Source of the DNA: Octopus sinensis
Taxonomy: Eukaryota
DNA length: 64,000 bases
Assembly (NCBI RefSeq): GCF_006345805.1
Contig: NC_043002.1
Location: 113,336,001 to 113,400,000, forward strand
Direction of reading: 5' to 3'
Under the pieces are notes generated by a model that was not told where the DNA came from, made no database searches, and worked only from the letters and a program-made list of their open reading frames with translations. Positions 12,183 to 23,584 of this stretch are shown piece after piece. Numbering within the stretch: the first letter of the stretch is position 1; the number at the start of each line of letters is the position of its first letter. A program made the translations under genes and the position numbers.

Positions 12183-13206
12183 TTTTACTCTTTTACTTGT
12201 TTCAGTCATTTGACTGCAGCCATGCTGGGACACCGCCTTTAGTCGAGCAAATTGACCCCAGGACTTATTCTTTGTAAGCCTAGTACTTATTCTATCGATT
12301 ACTTTTGCCGAACCGCTAAGTTACGGGGACGTAAACACACCACTATCGGTTGCCAAGCGATGTTGGGTGGACAAACAGACACACAAACATATATGCACAC
12401 ATATATATATATATACATATATACGTCGGGCTTCTTACAGTTTCCGTCTACCAAATCCACTCACAAGGCTTTGGTCGGCCCGAGGCTATAGTAGAAGACA
12501 CTTGCCCAAGGTGCCATGCAGTGGGACTGAACCCAGAACCATGTGATTGGTTAGCAAGCTACTTTATTTCGTTTCATTGGCCATGAAGGCCGTATACAGA
12601 AGGAGTAGCTTGCTGGCTGGACAAAAAGCATTAATGAGATCAGTGATGAAAAGGATGGTATAAATGGGAGCAGGCAAAAGATGCCCGTCGATCTTCTGCT
12701 GCTCTAAAACATCATTCTTTTTTTTTTTTCAAAACGAAAAACAAAACGAGGTATGAAACCTCTTACCTCAGTTCTACAATTACTGGACTTAATAGTCCAT
12801 TAGAAATTGAGGTACTGAGCCTCTTATAAACAATAAGCATTTAGGCACTAAAGCCTCTTTATCCTTCCTCCCTGATCAGGCCGTATGCCTCCTGCAGGCT
12901 ATGCTCCAGCACCATGTCGGGGCCCCAGAAGACGAACCTAAACTGGTCCTTCGGAAAGGAGTCCATCACCCTGAATATGTCGACGTCCGATATGACCTCC
13001 GTAGTCACCTGCGGAGGCCAATCCAAGTCTTAAGTCCAGGGCATGGTATCCTTCCTCCGGCCCCCTATCTTCCTTAAGAAGCTCTGAATTGCCCCTCCCT
13101 TTTGGAAGAAGACAACAAAATCATCTCTCGTCGCTCTGGGAGGGGCCACAGTTTCACCCCTCCCTCAGCTTTAGGGTAAGCAAGCTATTTACCACACAGC
13201 CATTCC
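12183..13206 (-). mobile_element. SINE-C interrupted in its tRNA head (12183-12564 plus 13175-13206)
   Basis: Body ends at 12564, head resumes at 13175; 16-bp TSD ggttagcaagctactt / ggtaagcaagctattt (14/16). Confidence 0.88.
12565..13174 (-). mobile_element. 610-bp 5'-truncated retro-insertion (probable Tx1/L1-clade 3' fragment) with TSD
   Basis: About 90-codon frame with one stop, then a UTR ending GGCC-TTCAT-GGCC-AATGAAACGAAATAAA, similar to the Tx1 end at 18410-18436. Confidence 0.65.
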
Positions 13207-13439
13207 TACACCTCCGCCTTAGCGAAGGTGGAGGTAATAAGGTTTCGATTACACATGTGATATAGAGATTTAAGAAAGTTTGTTGTGTGTGCAATATAAA
13301 AGAATTGAATAAAAACAAAAAAAAAAGAAGAAAGAAAGGTCTGGTGTATGCCAAATGCAGAAGTGTACGTATAAGTGTAGCGTAAGGTGTAAATAAAATT
13401 TGCAAGTGTACCAAAGTTTTGTAAGACTTTCCCAATGTC

Positions 13440-13830
13440 TTTTTGTATGTATGGTAACAATCCTTTCTACCATAGGCTCAAGGTCAAAAAATTTCGGGGA
13501 AGGAGACTTGTCGATTACATCGACCCTAGTGTTTTTCACTGGTACTTAATTTATCGACCCGAAAGGATAAAAAGCAAAGTCGACCTCGTTGGAATTTGAA
13601 CTCAGAACGTAGCGACGGGCGAAATGCTGCTTAGCATTTCGTTCAGCATGCTAACGATTCTACCAGTTCGCCACCCTCTGTTTATTGTAATAATCCTTTC
13701 TACTATAGGCACGAGGCCTGAAATTTGGGGGTGGGGGATTTGTTTCTGCACCGCAGAAACAGTGAGCTAATCGCTGTAATCGACTTACGCACTCCCATGA
13801 AATTGCTGGCCTTGTGCCAAAATTTGAAAT
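13440..13830. mobile_element. SINE-B copies (minus copy about 13440-13675 plus fragment)
   Basis: ggaatttgaactcagaacgtagcg...gccagttcgcc matches the SINE-B reverse complement. Confidence 0.75.
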
Positions 13831-14839
13831 CATTATTATTGTTGTTGTTATGAATTCAAACCTCGCCGATGTCCACTTAGCCTTTTGCTATTCCCGTGGG
13901 TGTTGCTGTAAATTAAGCACTTAAGTACTGGCTTTTGTATAATTAACAGCTTCCCCTATTTCCTTAAAATTTAGTTGGCCAAATTTCTGCCTACGTCAGT
14001 AATTACTATTGTTGATATGATTCATTAGATGATTATTATAGTGGTGAATCCTGAGATCATCAACGAAAAATATCTTGTAGTATTTAGTTACAGGCCTTTC
14101 CGCTTTGACTTCAAATCATGTTGCGTTTACCTTTCACTTCCATCTTTCCAAGAAATTTATGGCCTTGTGTCTATTAAAAAAATCGTTATTTAAAGGAAGG
14201 TGTTATGGAAGAACTGTGGCTTTCTGGACTAAATGCTTCAAAAAATATTTAGTTGCGTTTTTTTTTTCTTCGTTTGTTTCTTTTACACACAGAGAGTTAA
14301 TATCCTGCCGTGTCTGAGTTTGCATTTCATCCCTTCAGAGACGATAATATAACAAAATTATGCTGGAAAAAATTTTGATCAATTATATCCTTCCTTTACG
14401 AAATTAGTCTTGTACTTGGGGAGAAATTGATATTAAAAGGTTAATGATATCATGTGATAGGTAGAAATAAACCCTAACGGGGAGGAACATGTGCAATGCA
14501 AAGTTAGAAAGGGTTTGTCAAAACATATAAAGAAATAAATACCTTCAGCTTTGTCGGTATCGGCATAACAATAATATGAAAATATTTTCGGAGGGGTTCA
14601 GTAAACTTAAGACAAACATACTTGTTGGTATTATGAGCTAACAAATTCAAGATGTTTGTACTGTATTACAAACATGTTAAAATACGGTGGATGATCAGGA
14701 GTTCGTCTCATGTTACAAACTTTATGACATCAGGTTTATCACAGAAAGCACTTTTAGTTGTCACTTAAATATCGTGTTTAGTTCACAACTTTACTGGTTT
14801 CAAATTTCACCACAACGCCAGCAATTTCCGTGGTTTGGG

Positions 14840-15410
14840 TATGTCGATCACATCGATCCAAGTGCTCAACTGTGGAGGCGCAATGGCCCAGTGGTTAGGG
14901 CAGCGGACTCGCGGTCATAGGATCGCGGTTTCGATTCCCAGACTGGGCGTTGTGAGTGTTTATTGAGCGAAAACACCTAAAGCTCCACGAGGCTCCGGCA
15001 GGGGATGGTGGTGATCCCTGCTGTACTCTTTCACCCCAACTTTCTCTCACTCTTACTTCCTGTTTCTGTTGTACCTGTATTTCAAGGGGCCGATTTGTCA
15101 CTCTCTGTGTCACGCTGAATATCCCCGAGAACTACGTTAAGGGTGCACGTGTCTGTGTAGTGCTCCAGCCACTTACACGTTAATTTCACGAGCAGGCTGT
15201 TCCGTTGATTCGGATCAACCGGAACCCTCATCGTCGTAACCGACGGAATGCTTCCATCCAGTGCTCAACTGGTACTTATTTCATCGAACACGAAAGAAGG
15301 AAAAAGCAAAGTTGACCCCAGAGGAATTTGAACCCAGAACGTAAAGACGGACGAAATGCCGCAAAGCATTTTGCCTGGTATGATAACGATTCTGCCAGCT
15401 CGTTGCCTTA
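14840..15410 (-). mobile_element. SINE-B interrupted by SINE-A
   Basis: SINE-B sequence is continuous once 14872-15259 and one TSD copy are removed. Confidence 0.8.
14872..15259 (+). mobile_element. SINE-A, full length, nested in SINE-B
   Basis: TSD agtgctcaact at 14861-14871 and 15260-15270. Confidence 0.92.
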
Positions 15411-15469
15411 GTTTTAACATTATTGGCAAGTTATAATCGTCAGCAATATAAACATTATTTTTATGGACA

Positions 15470-15986
15470 GAATCGTTAGAAAGTCAAACTTTGCGATTTT
15501 ATATACAAATTCCATCCAGATCAACTTCGCCTTTCATTCTTTAGGGTTCGATAAAATAAAGTACCAGCATCAGTCCTCTAATTTTGTGAATTTGCACCAA
15601 AATTAGAAAGAACTATTGTTGTTGTTGTTGTTGTTGTTGAGTACTGGAGCTAATATAATAGACTTGCCCTTTTCCTCAAAATGTTAGGCCTTGTGCTTAT
15701 AGTAGAAAGGGTTATTATTATTACTGTTGTTGTTTTTGTTGTTGTTGTTAGGGCGATGAACTGGCAGAATCGATAACACGACGGGCATAATGCTTAGCTG
15801 CTTTCGTTCGTCTTTACGTTCTGAGTTCAAATTCCGCCAGGTGGATTTCACTTTTCGTCCTTTCGAGGTCTATGAAATAAGTATCAGTTTTGCACTGGGG
15901 TCGAAGTGATCGACTAGTCCCCTCCTCCAAAAAGCCAAGCTTTGTACCTGTAGTAGAAAGAATCATCATCATCATCATCATCATCA

Positions 15987-16026
<40 letters not shown>

Positions 16027-16445
16027 TATTATTATTATTATTAAGGCGGCGAGCTGGCAGAACCGTTAGCACGCCGGGCGAAATGCGTAGCCGTATTTCG
16101 TCTGCCGCTACGTTCTGAGTCCAAATTCCGCCGAGATCGACTTTGCTTTTCATTTTTTCGGGGTCGATAAATTAAGTATCTATGAAACACTGGGATCGAT
16201 ATAATCTACTAGCCCCCTTCTCAAAAATTTCAGGCCTTTTGCCTTTAGTAGAAAGGATTATTATTAGTATTATTAAACCAGTGAGCCAGAAAAATCGTTA
16301 ACACGCCGGACAAAATGCTTTGTGGTACATCTTCCGGTTCTTTATGTTCTGAGCTCAAATTCCGCCGACATTGACTTCCGAATTCGATAAAATAAGTAGC
16401 AGTTGAGCACTGGGGTTGATGTACTCTACCGACCTCAGTCCACAA
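15470..16445 (+). mobile_element. Cluster of four head-to-tail SINE-B copies separated by (GTT)n/(ATC)n/(ATT)n
   Basis: Copies at about 15470, 15750, 16042 and 16275. Confidence 0.8.
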
Positions 16446-16449
16446 AATT

Positions 16450-18436
16450 ACCAAAATTGGCGCGGGTCGTGGATAGACTTGGGGGGGGGGGCTTGCGCCA
16501 ACCCGGGCAGGTCGATCCACGACAATCTCCACTTTATACGCTACTCCTTAGAGAAGGTAGGGGAGCTTTCTGGCCCCGGGGGGGTTGGCACTGGTACATT
16601 TAGACCAGTCTAAAGCATTTGATAGGGTCGACCATCGGTACCTGGCGGCGGTCCTCGAAAAGGCTGGCCTGGGCCCGACCTTCCGCTGTAGGATTGCTGC
16701 TTTGTATAGCGACATCGAGTCTGTCGTCAAAGTGAATGGTTTCTTTGCGAAACCATTCAGGATCGAGCGCTCAGTGTCTCAGGAGTTTCCCCTGTCTCAT
16801 ATTTTGTATGTTTTGCTGCGGATGTTGGAAGCACTAGGGGGCGCGCCGAATAATCTGTGGAGCGGAAGAGGAGCTACGGTGTATGCGGATGAGGGCCAGC
16901 TTCCACTGGTGGAAGAGGCTATCAAAAGTTACGAGGCGGTGGCAGGAGCAAAAGTTAACAAGGACAAGTCGGTCGGTTTGCAACTCGGCACCAGGAGGGG
17001 CAAGCTGATGACGTCCAATAACTTCGTGGGGCGTTGGACGGAAGGTCCTGTTAAGCTGCTTGGGGTTTGGTTTGGCCCAGACCTCCAGATAGGATAAAAT
17101 TGGAGAGAGGTAACCAGTAAGGTGACTGTTCTAACCCAGACCTGGTCTGGGCGGGCGTTATCCTTGCTAGGGAAGGCGGAGGTGGTGCAGATGTTTATAA
17201 CATCAGTTATCACCTACCATCTGACCGTGGTGTCTTGCCCTGATTTGTGGATGAACAAGTTGGAGAGAATCCTTTTCCGCTTTTTGTGGAAGGGAGGAGA
17301 GCCTCTTGTGAAGCGCTCTGTCTGCTACCAGAAACCGCTAAAGGGTGGGCTAGGGACGCCTTGGCTGAAGATGCGAAAACTCGCGTTAAGGTTGAGGCAC
17401 CTCTGGATTTACCTGGATAAGGAGCAGGTATGGTCACCGCACGTCCGGTTTTACCTTCCGCGGTTAACGCCTTTAACGGACATTGGTACATAGATCAAGT
17501 AGAGACCTGGGCTGAGGGACTGGCAATTGGGGTGCCGTCAGACACTTCAGCTACTCTCTCGGGCAGGCAATGCCGTCAACGGGAGTTCTACCGCGGATTT
17601 TTATAGCGGGTTAGTGGAATTTATGTCCGAAGACGCCTTGGAGAAGACCCTGGGCAACGATGAAAATTAGTTCAGAACGTTCGGGCCGGGGTATTTGGAT
17701 AATTACCAGAAATCCCTGGCTTGGCAGTGCTTCCGTGCGGTGTTACCTGTTCGAGATAACCTATCAAGGCACGGAAGTGCTGTCTCGCCGACATGTCCGA
17801 GGTGCGGGCAGGACAGTAAAACCGTCTTGCACGTATTCGTGGAATGCCTGGAATTAACGGGACTGATAGTTTTCACAGAGCAACTGTTGTCATCGATGGG
17901 AAGAGTACAGCTATCGGCTGAGTCTATCATCAAGATTGTGCCGCCTCCCTCCCTTAACATGGAAAAGAAGGCTTGGTTTTTCTGCATAGTAGCCATACTG
18001 AAAGAAACAGTATGGAAGACGCGTGTAAGAGGAATAGTGACAGGTACCTTTGTCTCTGGCCAGGGGTTGGTAAATTTTTTTAGTTACCACCTCGTAAATA
18101 AGATAAGGCTGGAAAAGAGGTGCCCGACGCTAAGTACATTCATGAAAAGAAGGAAGCTTGTGGTAAGCAAGTTGAGAGTGACCGACACCAGGTAAGCGGG
18201 GTCAATGGTAACGGGTAAAGGTTCTACCCAGATAGCTGGATGCCTTTCCTTCTGACGTGAATTATTATATATTGCAATAATAATTATACTTAAATACTTT
18301 TTTAATTGTATCATTTTCATCTGCTCTCATCATTCGGACCTTAATTTTTAATTATGCAGCTTCTTCACCCTTTGTGCTTGTCTGTCATTGTACGTCTCAT
18401 CTATGTGCCGCCTTTATGGCAAATCTAATGAAATAA
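16450..18436 (+). mobile_element. Tx1/L1-clade non-LTR retrotransposon, 5'-truncated, degenerate ORF2 (RT plus C-terminal zinc knuckle) and 3' UTR
   Basis: PGRSIHDNL, LDQSKAFDRVDH, YAD, VKLLGVWFG, GKAEV...LFRFLWKG, CPRC...HVFVEC across several frames; ORF ends 18195; UTR ends gcc-tttat-ggc...gaaataaaa. Confidence 0.9.
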
Positions 18437-18573
18437 AGAGGCTTGCTTTCCAATTACATGTTTCCGTGTAGTCCCACTGCGTGGTACTTTGGGCAAGTCT
18501 GCTATAGCTTCGGGTCGACCAAAGCCTTGTGAGTGGATGTGGTAGACGGAAACTGAAAGAAGCCAGTCGTGTA

Positions 18574-18634
<61 letters not shown>

Positions 18635-18795
18635 GTATATGTATATGAGTGTGTCTTTGTTTGTCCTTTCCCCCAATCATCGTTGGTACTAGGCTTAACA
18701 AATAAGTCCTAAGGTCTATCCATTCGACTAAAAGAAAACCCTCGGAGGCGGTATCCCAGCATGATTGCAGTCGAATGACTGAAATACGTAAAAGA
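18437..18795 (+). mobile_element. SINE-C lacking its first about 20 nt, abutting the Tx1 3' end
   Basis: Begins at aagaggcttgctttcc, the same head position as the 12564 junction. Confidence 0.85.
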
Positions 18796-19451
18796 ATTTT
18801 AAAAAGTGTAATCATTTTATGTGTGGCATAGCTACAATAGCTTACAGCCGAAACTTTATTGCAGTTTTTATTTATTATTTAGCATGCGATTTTATCCATT
18901 TAGTTGCACAAGAATGTTAATCAACAGGGTTATGCAATTAAATGTAATTGACAGTATTGTGTAGATAAGTTGATAATTGCTGCAGTTTCAAAATCTAGAT
19001 AAGCAGAAGCTACGATAATGTTTCTGATCTAAATGTTACATAGAAAGTTATAAGAGCGCTAAGGTTTCTCATTTTTCTGCTTTGAACGTCTCGTTCTCTT
19101 CTCTCCTCTTATCATCACCATTTGTAGCAGCAGTAGAATCACTTTTCAAGAGAAAATATATTACCGATATGAACTTTAATCGTTCTCCATTGACTTTTCT
19201 ATCTGAACATTCATTAGTATTTAACTTGTACTTTAAAGAAAAGAAAAAAAGAGAACTAACTACTGCAACCTTGAGGTGTTGTATTTTAACATGTTGCTGA
19301 AAGGAGAGATAAGCTTGGAAACGGATGCAAATTTATGTCTTTCTAAGCAGGGTTGCAACTTCCTGGGTCACCTTCAAACAATTCTATACAGGTCATCTTC
19401 GACATAAACTATCCAGAAGTAGGCGGTAGCGTTTCAGTCAAGTATGATTCT

Positions 19452-19790
19452 TTATTACCTCCGCCTTCGCTAAGGCGGAGGTATTGTTTTTAGTTGTGTT
19501 TGTTTGTTTGTTCGTGAACAAGATATCTCAAGAATCGCTGAATGGTTTCTGATGACACTTTCATGGATGTTTTGTCTTGTGAGCTGCACAAACCGATTAG
19601 ATTTTGGAATCGATCCGGTACCGGACAAAGGTTCTGGATTATTTGTTATATTTACTTTAACATGAAGCATTACGATCTTAAGTTCATTTTCAAGTCTCTC
19701 TCTCTCTCTCTGATTATCTCCCTTGAAAGCACGCTCATGGTCTCCACGTATGTTATGGCGGCGTTGCTCTTTCCAAAGTTTTATTTTCGT
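19452..19790 (+). mobile_element. Helentron-associated/DINE-1-like non-autonomous element
   Basis: ttattacctccgcc-ttcgctaa-ggcggaggta hairpin followed by (gttt)n; degenerate tggcggcgttgctct distal end. Confidence 0.65.
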
Positions 19791-20640
19791 TTGTCTATTA
19801 TTAATTTTACTCGAGTAGAAACTGATGGATAAAGAAATTAAACTACATAAACAAACGGCAGCAAAACCATTCAGAAATTAAATAACACTAACATATTCAG
19901 TAACAATAATAAATTTATCATCCTCAATTTTTAGCTTTACCAATTTTTAATATATTGCTACTTGACAATTGCATTTTTAGCTCTGCCTAGAAGGAAGCTT
20001 TACTTCTTGGACTCACGTTTTTGAGGTCAACGATGTTGTTAAACCTCCGTTAACAGCACCGCATGTAGGTCCCTTCCGTTTTCTTTCACGCACGGATAAA
20101 ATTTTCACTATAGACCTTTATGGTCGTAAAGACACTATATCAGTAAATAGACTTCAAAAAAGGCCTTCATAGAGAAAACTGTCCTTGTTTCCACTGCAGA
20201 CGACATACACACAGCATTACAAACACGGCCCGCACACCCACCTTCACATTCCATGACTGCCATTGGGATCGATAGGTACCGGATGCTTGCAAAAGAAAGA
20301 AAACATGGCTTACACAAATAATCTAGAAGTCCAATATGTTAAGAGCAAATAATTATTTACTATCAGGGCTACAAGGTCGGTAGGTAAAAGAGTGAGCTAG
20401 TAAAGGCCTAGAGGATACTACAATTTATTAACGGGTAGGTGCAATTTGAAGGGGTGGGGGTGGTCAGGATGTGTTAATTTAAAAAAGAAATTATCAAGAA
20501 ACTATATATAAGGAAAATACTAACATGATTACCAAAGAGCAATACTCCATTGCCTGGGGATAATACAGGTAACGGATACCGATAGTATATACGGGTATTC
20601 TATCCCTTAGTTGGGTACTACAACCGCTAACTCTGTTTAC

Positions 20641-20672
<32 letters not shown>

Positions 20673-20676
<4 letters not shown>

Positions 20677-20853
20677 AGCAATCTCAAGATTAATCAGCCG
20701 AAATTGCGAGGACGATCCGGTTCTTGATTGAAGATAAAAGGCTTCGAATGACCCGTCCGTGTTTTTTTGTATCGTCTTCTGGATGTTTTGTTGTCCCCTT
20801 TTGTATCACCTAGTTGTCCAGATGTTTTGCGTTATTGTCCCATTTTGTATCTT
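20673..20853 (+). mobile_element. Short repeat in (TA)n related to the 5' half of 15-290
   Basis: Shared cgaatgacccgtcc and ttgtatcgtct blocks. Confidence 0.5.
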
Positions 20854-20864
20854 ATATATACATA

Positions 20865-21288
20865 CTTGCCATCTCAATATGGCTAACCACTAAGGGTGGG
20901 TGTTACTGTAGCTTGTAGCCCCAGGAAAACATCGTCTCCAGCTGGCTTTAGGCAGTTACTGTTTATACCTCGTTCAGAGATTTATTATTGCTTGCATACA
21001 GTTTTTCGAGATCAGTGACGAAAAGTTACTGGAAAAACGATATAAAGATTTGCATTGGAACACCTTTTCATCGAAAACCGGTGATTGTCGTACGCTGATG
21101 ACAGGTCAAAACCTAGAAACTGCAGTCCGTGCGTATCACTTAGGTTGACGAGGGAAGGGTGACCTCCCTTTGCAAATACCATAAGAGCACAGAAAGTGTG
21201 CCTAAAGCCAGCTGGAGACGATGTTCTCCTGGGGCTACAAGCTACAGTAACACCCACCCTTAGTGGTTAGCCATATTGAGATGGCAAG
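20865..21288. mobile_element. MITE with 90-bp TIRs and TA TSD (Tc1/mariner-type)
   Basis: TIRs 20865-20954 and 21199-21288 with one mismatch; TA at 20863-64 and 21289-90. Confidence 0.9.
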
Positions 21289-21347
21289 TATACCTCACAT
21301 TGTCGTGAAGTTACTGTTTATATCTCGTTCAGAGATTTATTATTGCT

Positions 21348-21375
<28 letters not shown>

Positions 21376-21379
<4 letters not shown>

Positions 21380-21780
21380 TAATCCAAACAAGAAAACACA
21401 AAAAAACAAAAAAACACAACAACACGAGGACGTGGAACAAATAAAGTATTATTGGACGCTCAGGAAAGAAGGGAAGAAGGAGGGTTTAACGTTTCGAGCG
21501 GAGCTCTTCGTTGGAAACATAGGAGAAGGAAAGATCCAGAGAAGGGAAGACAGAGGAAAAAATCGCCAGATATATATATATGTGATTCGCCATGCTTGAC
21601 CGCTAAAGCTACAAGTTTTCTTCGTCCTCTCTCTCTCTTTATTTTCTCTTGTTCATTTCTATTGAAGAGCGTAGGCTCTAAACGTAAAAGACTTTCATTT
21701 TCCCCAGCGTCAAACTAATATACCTGCATGCCGTTCATACACCTGTTTTCGTCTATCGTTCTTCTATAAATTTCAACTAT
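21376..21780. mobile_element. Two pLTRs of different families back to back (21376-21568 minus; 21586-21780 plus), decayed HHR motifs
   Basis: ccaacgaagagc...gctcgaaacgtt (minus) and ctattgaagagcgtaggctctaaacgta (plus). Confidence 0.65.
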
Positions 21781-21794
21781 ATGTATATATACAC

Positions 21795-22011
21795 TTTACT
21801 CTTTTACTCTTCTTCTTGTTTCAGTCATTTGACTGTGGCCATGCTGGAGCACCACCTTTTTTAGTAGAGAAAATCGACCCCAGGACTTATTCTTTGTAAA
21901 CCTAGTACTTATTCTATCGGTCTCTTTTGCCGAACCGCTAAGTTACGGGGACGTAAAACACCAGCATCGGTTGTCAAGCGATGTTGGGGGGACAAAGACA
22001 CACAAACATAT

Positions 22012-22100
<89 letters not shown>

Positions 22101-22259
22101 TACGACGGGCTTCTTTCAGTTTCCGTCTACCAAATCTACTCACAAGGCTTTGGTCGGCCCGAGGCTATAGTAGAAGACACTTGTCCAAGGTGCCACGCAG
22201 TGGAACCTAACCCGGAATCAGGTGGTTCGTAAGCAAGCTACTTACTACACAGCCACTCC

Positions 22260-22260
<1 letters not shown>
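21795..22260 (-). mobile_element. SINE-C, full length, followed by (AG)n 22261-22340
   Basis: Matches 9067-9468. Confidence 0.9.
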
Positions 22261-22344
<84 letters not shown>

Positions 22345-22499
22345 ATGTATATATAGAGAGAAAAACTGAAAATATTCAGATGAACATTCATGTATAAGCA
22401 TAAAGAAATTTAAGTAAATAATACCGAAATTTATATAATTATAGAACAGAAAATACCCAAAAATATTAAAACCAAAATACAGGAAACTAAGGGCGAGGG

Positions 22500-23210
22500 T
22501 ATGGTGTTTTAAGTAAAAGTAATAGTTGTAGGGTTGGCTGTTGGAGTGTGCAGAAAGTCAAGGAAATGCAGCCAGTTCTGGATGCATATAAACATTACCG
22601 TAAACCTTCCCTTCGTCTTCAGGGTGGACAGAATGGAATATAACATTTCAAATCCAAGTGCAAGGAATTTAAGGATAGAATGGGTGAAGTAGCAAGCAGG
22701 CAGATAGAAGTAGGGGGTAGGAGGGAGTAGGCGGCTCAGGGGCGGTGGTGTTAAAATAGAGGGAACGGGAAGAATAAACCGGAGAGGAAGAGGGGTAGTG
22801 GTCAGGGTATTGACAGAAGAGGTAGAAGTCGTGAGTCGAGAGATGAGTGAGAAGGGGTGGGTTGGGTCGCATTGTGAAGGGTGGCGTCGTTTAGTTATAA
22901 ACGACGACACCCTTCAGAATAGGGAAACGAAGTAGTTAAAAAAATCGGCCGGAAGGCGGAGGGGAAATTCGAAGAATAAAGGTGGGTTGGCGGCAGAGGG
23001 AGAATGGTGAATTAGGTAGGAGGGTATGAGGATAAATGGAGAGAGGTGAACAGAGAGGGAGAAAGAGAGGGATAAGAGGGTAGCAATGGCAATGGGTAGG
23101 TAGTAGTGACTCGTTCTGGTTAAGGATAAAGCTAGGGGGAGGTGGGGAAGAAATTTGAAAGATGTGTGTAGGGTGGTGGCATAGGAGTATCTGCTACGTA
23201 GGACGAATTC
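22500..23210 (-). mobile_element. PLE 3' UTR/pLTR with strand-biased purine tract
   Basis: 22550-22700 homologous to 26860-27010 and 60420-60540 (ctgaagacg...tgcatcc...ctggttgcat). Confidence 0.55.
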
Positions 23211-23365
23211 ATATATATACATATGTATGTATGAATTCATTATACATACATGCATACATGCATATACATACATGTTCAATTTTCCTGTAACAAGTTGATT
23301 ATAAGTGGATAAATCAGTGTATTGGCTTTAGAATAACCTTCTATAGCCCTTAATTATAAGATGTT

Positions 23366-23407
<42 letters not shown>

Positions 23408-23409
23408 AT

Positions 23410-23580
23410 CTTATAATTATATAACAATTGCAGCGTGGAAGGTGTTTGTAAGCCATTTAAGAAACACACAAAAGCCGTTCGATTCACTTCAACATTTAAA
23501 TTTAATTTGTCAAAATATTTTCGTCGCTTTGAGACCGCGACCTCTTCACTGACAAAAATCCGTGCTGCAGCACAGATTAT
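23410..23580 (-). mobile_element. Family D pLTR with hammerhead architecture (23506-23556)
   Basis: Stem I tttgtca/tgacaaa, core GTGAAGA, stem II gtcgc/gcgac, GAA, palindromic stem III aatatt. Confidence 0.6.
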
Positions 23581-23584
23581 ATAT

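Larger units (their letters stand above)
11855..13240 (-). mobile_element. Helentron-associated/DINE-1-like non-autonomous element (11855-12180 plus 13207-13240) split by nested insertions
   Basis: Terminus aacaagagcactcagagagcgcaaac.tccgccaagg and hairpin terminus cctccgccttagcgaaggtggaggtaataa; body homologous to 19452-19790. Confidence 0.65.

Noticed and set aside
16400-16460. 5' TSD or SINE-C head upstream of the Tx1 element
   Set aside because: Looked for and not found; the flank is a SINE-B remnant, which weakens one of the two targeting cases.
21480-21515. Hammerhead-like motifs at 21480-21515, about 3825-3855, 56977-57020, about 26915-26950 and about 60440-60480
   Set aside because: Core or stem II disrupted without compensation, or GAAA missing; treated as decayed.
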